DNA from: an uncultured delta proteobacterium
GTDB taxonomy: Bacteria; Desulfobacterota; Desulfobacteria; Desulfobacterales; B30-G6
Assembly (NCBI GenBank): GCA_963823335.1
Contig: CAWGLD010000001.1
Location: 512,001-576,000, forward strand
DNA: 64,000 nt
Reading direction: 5' to 3'
Shown here one piece after another: positions 47,035-56,491 of this stretch; the stretch's first letter is position 1; each line of letters starts with the position of its first letter. The translations under genes and the position numbers were made by a program. Below the pieces are notes generated by a model. That model saw nothing but the letters and a program-made list of their open reading frames with translations, did not search any database and was not told the DNA's origin.

Positions 47035-47913
47035 ATGATTATCAAACCCGATTGCATCCCCTGTATCTTGAACATGTCTTTGCACTATCTTCGCAAACTG
47101 TCCCTTGGCGAGGAACAGGTCAACAAGATCTGTTCAGATATTCTGACATTGCGACCCCTCAGGGGAGAGATATGGGATATCACCAGCCCGGAAATCATCG
47201 AGCCGATCATGAAGAAAATCATGTCCGCTGTCGGCAGTCACGATCCCTTTGCAGTTGAAAGGGTAAAGCAGAACCAGAAGATGCTGACGCTGTATCCACA
47301 GCTGCAAAAAATGGTAAAGACAGCTGAGCATCCATTTAAAGCAGCAGCACACCTCGCCGGTCTTGGAAATGCCATCGATGTCATGCTGGTGGGGGGTGCC
47401 ACAGATATTCAGAAAATCATCAAAGAACAACTCGCCGATCCTCTGCCGGAAAATGTATTAGAGATACTTGAAAAACGGATCATGAGCAGTCGCCACATTC
47501 TCTACTTTGGCGACAATGCCGGAGAAATCGTTCTGGACAGGCTGTTCATCGAAACGATCAAAGAGCACTATGATACAGACATTACCTTTGTGGTCAGAAG
47601 TATGCCGACCTTGAACGATGCAACCCTGAAAGATGCAGAACAGACAGGTATGGCCAATCTGGTGCGTGTCATGGAGAACGGTATCGATGGTCCTGTCCCC
47701 GGAACCCTGCTGAATCGATGCTCAGGTGAGTTGCAGCGTCTTTTTCAGGAGGCGGATCTGATCATATCCAAAGGCGGTGGGAATTTTGACACCCTGGATG
47801 AGCTGCCGGAGAAGCGCAAAAGCAAGATATCCTATCTGCTGCTGTCAAAATGCCGCCCCTACCAAGAGCATTTTGGTGTGGGATTGCAGCGGGCGATACT
47901 ATTTAACGCTTAG
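47035..47913 (+). CDS. DUF89/ARMT1-like damage-control metal-dependent phosphatase
   Basis: N-terminal DCIPC, GNAID, DNAGEIVLD, LNDAT, ISKGGGNFDTL, KC. Confidence 0.88.
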   Translation: MIIKPDCIPCILNMSLHYLRKLSLGEEQVNKICSDILTLRPLRGEIWDITSPEIIEPIMKKIMSAVGSHDPFAVERVKQNQKMLTLYPQLQKMVKTAEHPFKAAAHLAGLGNAIDVMLVGGATDIQKIIKEQLADPLPENVLEILEKRIMSSRHILYFGDNAGEIVLDRLFIETIKEHYDTDITFVVRSMPTLNDATLKDAEQTGMANLVRVMENGIDGPVPGTLLNRCSGELQRLFQEADLIISKGGGNFDTLDELPEKRKSKISYLLLSKCRPYQEHFGVGLQRAILFNA

Positions 47914-47924
47914 AGAACTTTAAA

Positions 47925-48330
47925 AAAGGGTTTGAGGGTGATACAAGGGTGGTACAAGGGTTCGAGGGGGATAAAGGGGTTCGAGGGTCAGAGGGGGATA
48001 CAAGGGTTGGAGGGTGGCTGACAGCAGTTAGCGAAAGGCACCTAATAGTCTACAGTCTAAACCGCTAAAAGGCTAACCAGGGGTGGAGGGTGGTACAGGG
48101 GTTGGAGGGAAATAACTGTCATTTGCTTCGCGTAAATGAAAATGTTTCAGCTGTTAGGTTTTAAGTGTTAGGTAAGTCACGGGCTAAGAGCAACAATAAA
48201 TTACGCGCGCAGCGCAAATGACAGCCGAAGGCGAAATGTCGCGCGCAGCGCAAATGTCGTCCGCTAGGACAAATGACGCACGAAGTGCAAATGACATCCG
48301 AAGGATAAATGACGCCTGAAAGGCGAATGC
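47925..48330 (+). repeat. Largest composite element: G-rich 8-mers, core, 7-mers and 7-unit mini-hairpin array
   Basis: Array at 48198-48324 of AAAT(G/T)(A/T)C + 4-bp stem + GNA loop, 18-nt period (one 19-nt unit). Confidence 0.9.
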
Positions 48331-48342
48331 ACAGGGGGGCCC

Positions 48343-49554
48343 ATGCAGAAACCAAGCGTACTTCTTGTGGCAACAATGGATACCAAGTTCAGGGAAGCCG
48401 GCTTCATAGAATCCTGTCTCAAAGAATCCGGCTGTGCGGTCACGGTTATGGATGCCGGGATTCGTGGCGATAGCCCCGTACCTGTCACAATTACAAGACA
48501 CGAAGTCGCCCGGGCCGGCGGAAAAACATTATCGGAAATTCAATCCATAGGCCACGAAGGCGAAGCTCTCAACATGATGCTCATGGGCGCCTGCAGGATT
48601 GCGGACGAAATGATCGCCAAGGGTGCCGTCATTGGTGTCATAAGTCTGGGCGGCTCCATGGGAACCACACTCGGTACGGGTGTCATGCGCCGATTTCCCA
48701 TCGGGGTCCCAAAGGTGATGATCTCCACCATGGCCTCCAGGGATACCCGCACGTTTGTGGGAACAAAAGACATTCTTATGCTGCACGCCGTCTGTGATCT
48801 CTCGGGCCTCAACCGGTTTTCGAGAAAAATACTCCACAACGGCGCCATGGCCCTCTACGGCATGGTGTCCCGGAGCCGGAAAGACATTTCATCAGACAAA
48901 TCCATGATCTTTATTTCCACTCTGGGAACCACCGAGAAATGTGTTCAGGAGATACGCGCCTCCCTCGAAAAACAGGGTAAGGAAGTCGTGGTCTTTCACA
49001 CGGTGGGTTCCGGCGGCAGAGCCATGGAAGAACTCATCGCCTCAGAACCGGTTGAAGCCCTGGTGGACCTCTCCCTGCATGAAATGGCGGATCATCGTTT
49101 CGGAGGGGATTACGATGCAGGACCTGACAGGGGTTCCGTGGCATTGAAAAAGGGGATTCCGGTCGTCCTGGTACCCGGAAATATCGATTTTCTTGTGTCA
49201 GGACCGCTGGAGCAGTCCCTGAAAGATTTTCCCGATCGGCCGTACCATGTTCACAATACAGCCATTACGGTTGTACGAACGACCCGTGAAGAGATTGAAA
49301 GCATTGCCCGGCATGTAGGGGATTATTGTAATGCCGCCCCTGGACCGTACACCCTGGTAATTCCCATGAAGGGATTTTCAGCCTTTGACGCCATAGAGGG
49401 GCCGCTTCACGACCCCCAGGCACCGACCTGCTTTGTCAAAGCCCTGGAATCCCAGCTGTCCGACACATCACGGATGCACACCCTGCCATACCACATCAAT
49501 GATTCCGGCTTTTCTGCAGCTGTGATTGAAAAGCTCCAAGAACTGTTGCCCTGA
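48343..49554 (+). CDS. Tm-1-like ATP-binding domain protein (UPF0261), paralog 2
   Basis: ATMDTKFRE, GGSMGT, FPIGVPKVMISTMAS, FHTVGSGGRAMEEL, HINDSGFS. Confidence 0.88.
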   Translation: MQKPSVLLVATMDTKFREAGFIESCLKESGCAVTVMDAGIRGDSPVPVTITRHEVARAGGKTLSEIQSIGHEGEALNMMLMGACRIADEMIAKGAVIGVISLGGSMGTTLGTGVMRRFPIGVPKVMISTMASRDTRTFVGTKDILMLHAVCDLSGLNRFSRKILHNGAMALYGMVSRSRKDISSDKSMIFISTLGTTEKCVQEIRASLEKQGKEVVVFHTVGSGGRAMEELIASEPVEALVDLSLHEMADHRFGGDYDAGPDRGSVALKKGIPVVLVPGNIDFLVSGPLEQSLKDFPDRPYHVHNTAITVVRTTREEIESIARHVGDYCNAAPGPYTLVIPMKGFSAFDAIEGPLHDPQAPTCFVKALESQLSDTSRMHTLPYHINDSGFSAAVIEKLQELLP

Positions 49555-49560
49555 TCTCTA

Positions 49561-49935
49561 TCAGAAGCCATCAACAACCATCTTCCTGAAAAAAGCTATT
49601 GTGTCTTTTGCTTCAGTAATTACTGAATAAATAAGAACGCAAAACTGAAGACCAAAAATAACGCTTTCTAAAATAAAGAACTGTCTTGGGCTTGCGGTAA
49701 AAACAAGAAAAGGAACCAGTATCGCCGATAGCCAGAGAAAAATATAACGGAATATAATCTTTTTCTTCCGATTTTTTTCCCTTATCAGAGAAATAATTTT
49801 CAACATAACATAAACAATAATAATATCCGAGATGCTCCACAATATCCCTTGAACTTTTGTGGTCAACAGATAGGCTTCTGTTGAAAAGCTCTTACCTATT
49901 TCCCAAAAAAACATATCTGTTAATTCTGAGATCAT
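49561..49935 (-). CDS. Hypothetical membrane protein (about 3 TM)
   Basis: 124 aa, hydrophobic, AT-rich; ATGA overlap with the upstream gene. Confidence 0.65.
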   Translation of the reverse strand: MISELTDMFFWEIGKSFSTEAYLLTTKVQGILWSISDIIIVYVMLKIISLIREKNRKKKIIFRYIFLWLSAILVPFLVFTASPRQFFILESVIFGLQFCVLIYSVITEAKDTIAFFRKMVVDGF

Positions 49936-50528
49936 GCTAGCTTCTTTTTTAATAGGAAGAATATTTTAAGCCCAATCAGACCAACAATCCATTCTATGAT
50001 AATCCAGAACATCCCGCATATTTTGATGTAAAAAGTAAAAGAATTTTGTATGTTCCTATGGGTATACCCGTCCATATCGACCAATGAGCCAAGATATGAA
50101 TGGTAGGCAGCATAAAATGAAAAAAGACCTAGGAAGAATATACCCGGCCCAAATAAAAGAATCCTATTAAGTATTGGTTTTTTTCTCTCGATAACAATTC
50201 TTAACAGATTATAGATTTTGAAAACATAAATAACGATAGCCGCCTCGATTGCTACCCAGAGGGTGCAAAAGAAATTCCACAAATAGCTGTAATAGAAATA
50301 TCCTAATGGTTTGTATTTATTGCTTAAATACTTGTCGATATGTATCTCCTGGCCGAAGTTCAAACAGACAAGAAGAACAAAAACAGTGATACAAAAATAG
50401 ATAAATGCTATTTGCCGGGCGTCACCATTTTTAAGAAAAATAAACCCTTTTCTGATATAAATCATAACCAATCCTTCGGCGAACAGCCAAAAGATTCCCA
50501 TGATCTTTATAAAGAATGATAAACTCAT
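49932..50528 (-). CDS. Hypothetical membrane protein (about 5 TM) with internally repeated W-x3-E helices
   Basis: GIFWLFAE / CTLWVAIE / GMFWIIIE; AT-rich. Confidence 0.65.
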   Translation of the reverse strand: MSLSFFIKIMGIFWLFAEGLVMIYIRKGFIFLKNGDARQIAFIYFCITVFVLLVCLNFGQEIHIDKYLSNKYKPLGYFYYSYLWNFFCTLWVAIEAAIVIYVFKIYNLLRIVIERKKPILNRILLFGPGIFFLGLFSFYAAYHSYLGSLVDMDGYTHRNIQNSFTFYIKICGMFWIIIEWIVGLIGLKIFFLLKKKLA

Positions 50529-50561
50529 GTCTCTTAACCTGGATGACGCCTACAACATTTT

Positions 50562-51242
50562 CTAAACGAGCATATCCGTCAAATCCGCGATGCTGTCAAT
50601 GACGGCATCCGGGTTTTCCCGGCTCAACGCTTTATGGTCGTCAAACCCGGTGAGCACGCCAACCGTCTTCATCCCGGCTGCCTTACCCGCCTGAATATCT
50701 ATACGCGCATCCCCCACATACATGCAGTCCCGGGGCAGGACGCCAAGACTTTTACAGCCCTTTATCAATGGATCCGGCGCCGGCTTTTTACGGGGTGCAT
50801 CCTCTGCATGGATGATGAACTCCAGCAGCTTGTCAATGCCTGAGTCCACCAGTGTCGGCAGTTTGACCGCCATGCTTTGCCGGGGCGTGGATGTAACAAT
50901 GCCCATCCTGATCCCTTTTTGCACCATGGCCTGCAGGGCTTTTTTTGCATCAGGGATCAGTTTTACCTGGTTTCTGAAAAGATTTGGATATATTTCGGCA
51001 ATGATCTCACGGGTTTTCTTTATCAGGTGGTCTTTTTCTTGGGGTGTTTTTTTCGGGAACACACTGCCCCATTCAAAATCACCATTTTTTGCTGCCTCCC
51101 GAAGTCTGTCCCTGGAAGGCATCGGAAAATCGAGTCGATTGAATACTATTTCAATAATCTGGTAGTATATGTGAATGGAGTCCAGAATCGTTCCATCGAG
51201 GTCAAACAAAACAGCAGTCACATTAATTTTCTTATTGTTCAC
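50562..51242 (-). CDS. HAD-superfamily phosphatase (Gph-like)
   Basis: FDLDGTILDS, IVTS, KPAPDP, VGDARID. Confidence 0.92.
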   Translation of the reverse strand: MNNKKINVTAVLFDLDGTILDSIHIYYQIIEIVFNRLDFPMPSRDRLREAAKNGDFEWGSVFPKKTPQEKDHLIKKTREIIAEIYPNLFRNQVKLIPDAKKALQAMVQKGIRMGIVTSTPRQSMAVKLPTLVDSGIDKLLEFIIHAEDAPRKKPAPDPLIKGCKSLGVLPRDCMYVGDARIDIQAGKAAGMKTVGVLTGFDDHKALSRENPDAVIDSIADLTDMLV

Positions 51243-51800
51243 CTAATTATCCTGCGCTTTCTTCTTGTGCATCCAAAAATAGTAAAAGGCCAACAAGGTC
51301 ATGCCATTGTCGATGCGATTGTCATGAATCTCGGAAGAAACATGGGCCAGGGGAAGCTTGATGACATCCAGGTCTTCCCCTTCATCCAAGGCGGGTGCCT
51401 GCTGAAATTCAGCATCCATGGCCAGGCATACAACACATTTGTTGCTCAATATGGCCGGCTGGGGAAAACATTCACCAATCACACGAAAATCCCTGGATCC
51501 ATAGCCGGTCTCCTCCAAAAGCTCTCTCCGGGCGGCTGCAATGGGAGAAGGATCATCCGGGTCCACCAGCCCGCCAGGCAGCTCCAGGTGTACCTTCTCG
51601 GTGCCATGGCGGTACTGGTTGACCATCACGACTTCCTGTTCCGCGGTAAGCGCCAGCACCACAACCCAGGTGGGGAAGTGAATGGCCATCACATTCATGG
51701 TCTTCCCGGTTCTGGGCGAGCGTGCCTCTTTTGATTCTATCTGCATGAGTTTGAAATCATGCAGGATTTTTCGATTCAATATTTTCCACGGTCGGATCAT
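51243..51800 (-). CDS. Nudix hydrolase (NudF/ADP-ribose pyrophosphatase-like)
   Basis: QYRHG...LELPGG; Nudix box AARRELLEETGY. Confidence 0.92.
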   Translation of the reverse strand: MIRPWKILNRKILHDFKLMQIESKEARSPRTGKTMNVMAIHFPTWVVVLALTAEQEVVMVNQYRHGTEKVHLELPGGLVDPDDPSPIAAARRELLEETGYGSRDFRVIGECFPQPAILSNKCVVCLAMDAEFQQAPALDEGEDLDVIKLPLAHVSSEIHDNRIDNGMTLLAFYYFWMHKKKAQDN

Positions 51801-51825
51801 TCTGACAACTCCTTGATTACGCAAT

Positions 51826-51942
51826 GTTTTAGGTGTTAGGTATTAAGTTTTAGGTTCAGCCACAAGACAGGTGCCCCTTTGCTGTCCGCTAATGGCCGTC
51901 ACCCTTATACCACCCTCCGACCCTCCAACCCCCTCATCACCC
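51826..51942 (-). repeat. G-rich 8-mer tract, degenerate core and 7-mers between lysR and the Nudix gene
   Basis: Plus strand CACCCTTATACCACCCTCCGACCCTCCAACCCC and GTTTTAGGTGTTAGGTATTAAGTTTTAGG. Confidence 0.7.
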
Positions 51943-52890
51943 TCACCTCTGCTGGGCCAGTATCTTCAACATCAAGGCCCCGATATCCTGTGGTCGCATA
52001 TCTTCGGAGCGTAATTTTTTCAAGACTTTTTCAAAAGCCCTGGCAGGCATGGACAAGGGTTGCTTTTTCAGGTAGGCAAAACTGACGTCAAGATAAATCT
52101 GTTGTCCTTTGAGGGGAATCGTGGCCAATTTTCCTTCTTCGATTTCCGCAGCCACACAGGCCTTCACAAGAATGGAAACCCCCTCCCCTTTCTGAACCAG
52201 CTGTTTGATAAATTCGTTGTTACTGGTTTCCATGAGAACATTGGGTGTACAATCATGCTGTTTAAAAAGCATGTTCACGCGCTTTCGGGTTCCTGAACCT
52301 GTTTCCTTCATGATCAGCGGCTCTTTAGCCAGGTCCTGGGGGGAGATGTCTCCTTCGGCTGTCAGCGGGTGATTTACCGGAACAACAAGAATCAGCTCTT
52401 CCTGACTGAAAGGAACAAATGTAACCGCTGGATTCTCTGATGCCTTTGCAATGACAGCCACTTCATTCTTGAATTCCAGGAGGGTGTTGGTCATGTCCAG
52501 TGAGCTGCCCTCATCCAGATGAATTTTGATGCCGGGGTAGTCTTTATGAAAGCTGGAGAGCAGCGACGGCATAAAATAGCGCGCATAGGTCTTGGTGGTT
52601 CCCAGCCTCAGAACACCCCGTTTCAGCTCCTTCATGTCATCGATGACGTTCTCGATTTCTTTTTCATATTGAAAGATTTTCTGGGTGTATTCATACAGTG
52701 TCTTGCCTTCTTCCGTCAGATGTATCTGGCGTCCCTTTTTCTTGAACAGCTTCAGGTTGCATCCTTCTTCCAGTGCCTTGACCTGGGCCGTTACAGCCGG
52801 TTGTGTTACGAAGAGCATGCCTGCCGCAACCGTAAAACTGGCATGCTTCGCTGCATAATGAAAGGTCCTGAGCTGGTTGAAGTTCAACAT
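51943..52890 (-). CDS. LysR family transcriptional regulator, divergent from the ppsA-like operon
   Basis: MLNFNQLRTF...SFT.AA..L.VTQPAVTAQVKALE HTH; KETGSGTR. Confidence 0.93.
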   Translation of the reverse strand: MLNFNQLRTFHYAAKHASFTVAAGMLFVTQPAVTAQVKALEEGCNLKLFKKKGRQIHLTEEGKTLYEYTQKIFQYEKEIENVIDDMKELKRGVLRLGTTKTYARYFMPSLLSSFHKDYPGIKIHLDEGSSLDMTNTLLEFKNEVAVIAKASENPAVTFVPFSQEELILVVPVNHPLTAEGDISPQDLAKEPLIMKETGSGTRKRVNMLFKQHDCTPNVLMETSNNEFIKQLVQKGEGVSILVKACVAAEIEEGKLATIPLKGQQIYLDVSFAYLKKQPLSMPARAFEKVLKKLRSEDMRPQDIGALMLKILAQQR

Positions 52891-52983
52891 GAACGTCTTC
52901 CTTTTTGAAGTATCTCCCAACAAGTCACGGGGCAAGCGCGCGCTGTCGTGTTTCAAAACTTTTATTTATGGAAAATAAATCAC

Positions 52984-52998
52984 ATAAGAAAATGTTAT
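52984..52998. promoter_or_regulatory. LysR-type binding site (T-N11-A) next to a TTGACA -35
   Basis: ATAA-GAAAATG-TTAT; TTGACA at 53021-53026. Confidence 0.55.
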
Positions 52999-53207
52999 AA
53001 TCAACATAAATTTAATTGAATTGACAGAATATTTTAGTTACTCCATAAATATTTATATTATATCTCCTTCTGCTGCTGAATGTTTTTGCTGATACTTCTT
53101 ACTGAGACTGGTTTCAGAGCCTCCATTATTCATCGTCCAAGCTTACCCTGCGGACCTTCAGGGTTCGGCAAAATTCCTATTAACCCCACACAAAAAGGAG
53201 GATAAAA

Positions 53208-55064
53208 ATGCCGGACGAAAAAGGAAGATTTCCAGATCCCCACGAGATTCAGGTTCCCCCGGAACTTGAGGGATGGGAGGAGATGTATCCATCACATCAC
53301 CTCTTTTCCAAGGACAGAGCAGACTGGGAAAAAGCGCAATTCTGGTATCAGGACAAGATCCATGCACCCGAGCCGGTGCCACCCCTGGATCTCATTTTTC
53401 AGGAGGCGTGGCAGATCTCCCTTTCCCAGTACACTACCCGGGTATTTTGTATTCCACCTGCCCAGGGAATCGCCCAGAGAATGGTGGGCTGTTACCTGTA
53501 CATCTGTGCCATTGCGCCCCCACCCGACGAAATTATCGGCCAGAAAGCAGCCCTGTTCGAAAAACGCGTTTTCTATGTATTTGAGCACTATGATGAACTG
53601 TGGGAAAAATGGCTCACAAAGTTCAAGGCGCTGGGCCAGGAAATGGAGGACGTGAAGGTCCCGGCGGAGTTGCCGAAATTTGTTCCGGATGATGAAGTGC
53701 TGCCCGCGCCTAAGGGCTACTACGATTCATACACACTCCTCGAATCTTTCGACAAACTTGTCAACCAGATGTTCAAGGGCTGGCAATATCATTTTGAAAT
53801 GCTCAATCTGACCTATCTGGCCTACCTCATGTTTGCCGATGTAGCCAGAAAACTTTTCCCGGGAATCAGTGAAAGCGCCATCGGCAAGATGGTGGCCGGC
53901 GCATATGTTTCCATGTTCAAACCGGAGGAGGAATTGTGCCGACTCGCCAGACTGGCACATTCGACCCAGGCCGTGGCGGATATTTTAAGGAGCGACAACA
54001 CGGCGGCGGAAAAAATCGCCACGCTTGAAAAAATATCTGAAGGTAAAAACTGGCTGGCGGAATATGAAAAATCCAAAGACCCCTGGTTCTCTGTGTCCTG
54101 CGGCAGCGGCTGGTTTCATCATGAAGGCAGCTGGACAACCAACCTCGATATTCCTTTCAGCTATCTCAAGAGTTATGTGGACCGTTTAGCCAATGGAGAA
54201 ACCATCGAACGTGCCCTGGAGGAGATCGGTAAAGAACGGGACAAAATCGTCGAAGAATACAAAAATCTCATCCAGACCGACGAAGACAGACAATCCTTCG
54301 ACGGTGCCTACAACACCATCCGAACCATCTATCGATATGCCGAGGATCATCTCTTCTGGGTGGAACATTGGTTCCATACCATTTGGTACAGAAAAATCCG
54401 GAAGATCGGGAAACTGCTTGTCGACAACGGGATGATCGATCAAGTGGATGACATTTTCATGTTCAACCGTTACGAAATTCCGCAACTTCTGACCGAAGTT
54501 TCAACGGCCTGGGCCCTGGGCGTAGACATACCCATGAGAAGTTCCCACTACAAGGCCAAGGTTGTCAAGCGTCGAAGCATTCTGGAGGCCGCCGGAAAAT
54601 GGAATCCGACACCGGCACTGGGTGTTCCGCCTGCAGAAGTGGCCGAGCCGTTTACGATCATGCTGTGGGGCATCACCACGGACAGGGTGCAGGAATGGCT
54701 CAAGGGCGTCGATGCGGCCCAGGAAGGCGATGTTTCCGAAATCAAAGGCTTTGCTTCTTCCGCCGGTGTAGCTCAAGGACCCGCAAGGGTACTGAAGTTA
54801 CTCAAGGACATCCTGGATCTGCAGCCCGGAGAAGTACTGGTTTGTCCCTCAACCAACCCGTCCTGGGCACCTGTTTTTACCAACATCAAAGCAGCCGTTA
54901 CCGACATTGGCGGTCTCACAAGTCATGCGGCCATCGTCTGCAGAGAATACGGTATTCCGTCCGTCACGGGGACGGGTGTGGCTACGTCTGTTATCAAGAC
55001 CGGCGATATCGTCAAGGTAGACGGCGATACGGGTTTGGTAGAGGTAATCGAACGGGCAGGGTAA
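53208..55064 (+). CDS. Phenylphosphate synthase alpha subunit-like protein (PEP-utilising phospho-His domain)
   Basis: RFPDPHEI...EGWEEMYP...[10 protein letters not shown]...[10 protein letters not shown]...[10 protein letters not shown]-terminal [18 protein letters not shown]. Recalled similarity to Thauera PpsA over the full length. Confidence 0.85.
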   Translation: MPDEKGRFPDPHEIQVPPELEGWEEMYPSHHLFSKDRADWEKAQFWYQDKIHAPEPVPPLDLIFQEAWQISLSQYTTRVFCIPPAQGIAQRMVGCYLYICAIAPPPDEIIGQKAALFEKRVFYVFEHYDELWEKWLTKFKALGQEMEDVKVPAELPKFVPDDEVLPAPKGYYDSYTLLESFDKLVNQMFKGWQYHFEMLNLTYLAYLMFADVARKLFPGISESAIGKMVAGAYVSMFKPEEELCRLARLAHSTQAVADILRSDNTAAEKIATLEKISEGKNWLAEYEKSKDPWFSVSCGSGWFHHEGSWTTNLDIPFSYLKSYVDRLANGETIERALEEIGKERDKIVEEYKNLIQTDEDRQSFDGAYNTIRTIYRYAEDHLFWVEHWFHTIWYRKIRKIGKLLVDNGMIDQVDDIFMFNRYEIPQLLTEVSTAWALGVDIPMRSSHYKAKVVKRRSILEAAGKWNPTPALGVPPAEVAEPFTIMLWGITTDRVQEWLKGVDAAQEGDVSEIKGFASSAGVAQGPARVLKLLKDILDLQPGEVLVCPSTNPSWAPVFTNIKAAVTDIGGLTSHAAIVCREYGIPSVTGTGVATSVIKTGDIVKVDGDTGLVEVIERAG

Positions 55065-55101
55065 TCCGACACCTACGTTGCCCGAACAACCATTTAAGCA
55101 T

Positions 55102-55134
55102 GTTTGGAGCGGTGTAACCAACGCCGCTCCAAAC
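55102..55134 (+). other. Intercistronic 14-bp stem-loop
   Basis: GTTTGGAGCGGTGT-AACCA-ACGCCGCTCCAAAC. Confidence 0.6.
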
Positions 55135-55156
55135 TTCCTAAAACCCGTAAACGGGG

Positions 55157-56233
55157 GTGGAAATGGAGTATGTTCTTACTTTCCTGGAGGTAGACAAAAA
55201 TTCACTGTCGCTGGTTGGCGGCAAAAACGCCAGTCTGGGAGAATTGATAAAGGCGGACATTCGCGTGCCTCCCGGTTTTGCCGTAACCACGGAGAGTTAT
55301 CATAAATTTATCACCGAAACCGGGATCAGGGACAAGATTTTCCAAATACTATCGGACATGAAGCCGGGAGACATTGCCGCCCTGAATGCCGCCAGCGAAA
55401 GTATCCAGACGCTGATACAGGGTTCAGCCCTGTCGGAAGACATCCGATCGGCCATCGAAAAAGCATATGCGGAGCTCTGCGCCGACTGCCGGGTAATCGA
55501 CATGCCGGTGGCGGTTCGTTCAAGCGCTACGGCCGAAGACCTGCCCACGGCCAGCTTCGCCGGTCAACAGGACACCTATCTCTGGATTCAGGGTCACAAA
55601 GATGTCGCGGAAAAGGTTCAGCGCTGCTGGGCCAGCCTGTTTACACCCCGGGCCATCGATTATCGTGTAAAAAATAAGTTTGCACATGAGAAAGTTCTGA
55701 TCAGCGTAGGGGTTCAGAAAATGGTGAACTCCAGAGCTGCCGGGGTTATGTTTACATTGAACCCGACCGACGGCGACCTGTCCAAGGTCGTTATCGAAGG
55801 CAGCTGGGGGCTGGGGGAGACTGTCGTTTCCGGCTCCGTCAATCCGGACAAGTTCGTGGTAGACAAGGTGGTCATGGAAACTTCAGACAAGACCATTTCC
55901 ACCAAACACATCGCCTGCGTATACGACCCGCAGGCAGGTAAGGTCGTGGATGCGGATGTGGATGAAGACATGCAGTGCAAATGCTGTCTGGAGGATATGG
56001 AAGTCAAGGCCCTGGTGAGCATGGGCAAGTTGATCGAACGGCACTACAAGCGCCCCATGGACATCGAATGGGCCATCGATAAAGACCTCGATTTCCCCGA
56101 GAATATCTTTATCGTGCAGGCGCGGCCGGAGACCGTCTGGAGCCAGCGTAAGACACGCTCGCTAATCGGCGCTAAAAGCGGCTATCAACTTTTGATGGAA
56201 CAGGCCATGAAACGGATCAAGATACCCAGTTAA
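55157..56233 (+). CDS. Phenylphosphate synthase beta subunit-like protein (ATP-grasp N-terminal domain of PEP synthase)
   Basis: VGGKNASLGEL, AVRSSATAEDLPTASFAGQQDTYL, WGLGETVVSG, DIEWA, QARPETVWS; no His or pyruvate domain. Confidence 0.88.
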   Translation: MEMEYVLTFLEVDKNSLSLVGGKNASLGELIKADIRVPPGFAVTTESYHKFITETGIRDKIFQILSDMKPGDIAALNAASESIQTLIQGSALSEDIRSAIEKAYAELCADCRVIDMPVAVRSSATAEDLPTASFAGQQDTYLWIQGHKDVAEKVQRCWASLFTPRAIDYRVKNKFAHEKVLISVGVQKMVNSRAAGVMFTLNPTDGDLSKVVIEGSWGLGETVVSGSVNPDKFVVDKVVMETSDKTISTKHIACVYDPQAGKVVDADVDEDMQCKCCLEDMEVKALVSMGKLIERHYKRPMDIEWAIDKDLDFPENIFIVQARPETVWSQRKTRSLIGAKSGYQLLMEQAMKRIKIPS

Positions 56234-56238
56234 AAAAT

Positions 56239-56385
56239 AGGGTTCGAGGGTCCGAGGGTCCGAGTGGCGAAGGGTGGCTGACGGCAGTGAGCGAAAGGCA
56301 CCTGCAGCCTATCGTCTAAACGCCTAAAAGAAGTGCTTGGTTCTCAGCTGAAATTAACACTAAAACCTAAAACCTAAAACGAAAA
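56239..56385 (+). repeat. G-rich 8-mers, 33-nt core and 7-mers
   Basis: AGGGTGGCTGACGGCAGTGAGCGAAAGGCACCT (56271-56303), identical to 60403-60435. Confidence 0.88.
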
Positions 56386-56491
56386 TACTGCACTAACGTC
56401 TATACCGCAAAAAAAATCGTTTGGTAAAAATCATATGGGTTTTGTTTGCATGTTTGTTCAATTCTAACCAATAAAGGAGGACTGTTGCTCT

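Noticed and set aside
48198-48324. CRISPR array interpretation of the repeat/variable-unit arrays
   Set aside because: The constant part is only 7 nt, the variable parts are 11-12-nt self-complementary hairpins reused between loci, and there are no cas genes.
53208-56233. Split or pseudogenised PEP synthase
   Set aside because: Both ORFs are intact, the pyruvate-binding domain is absent, and the architecture matches two-subunit phenylphosphate synthase.
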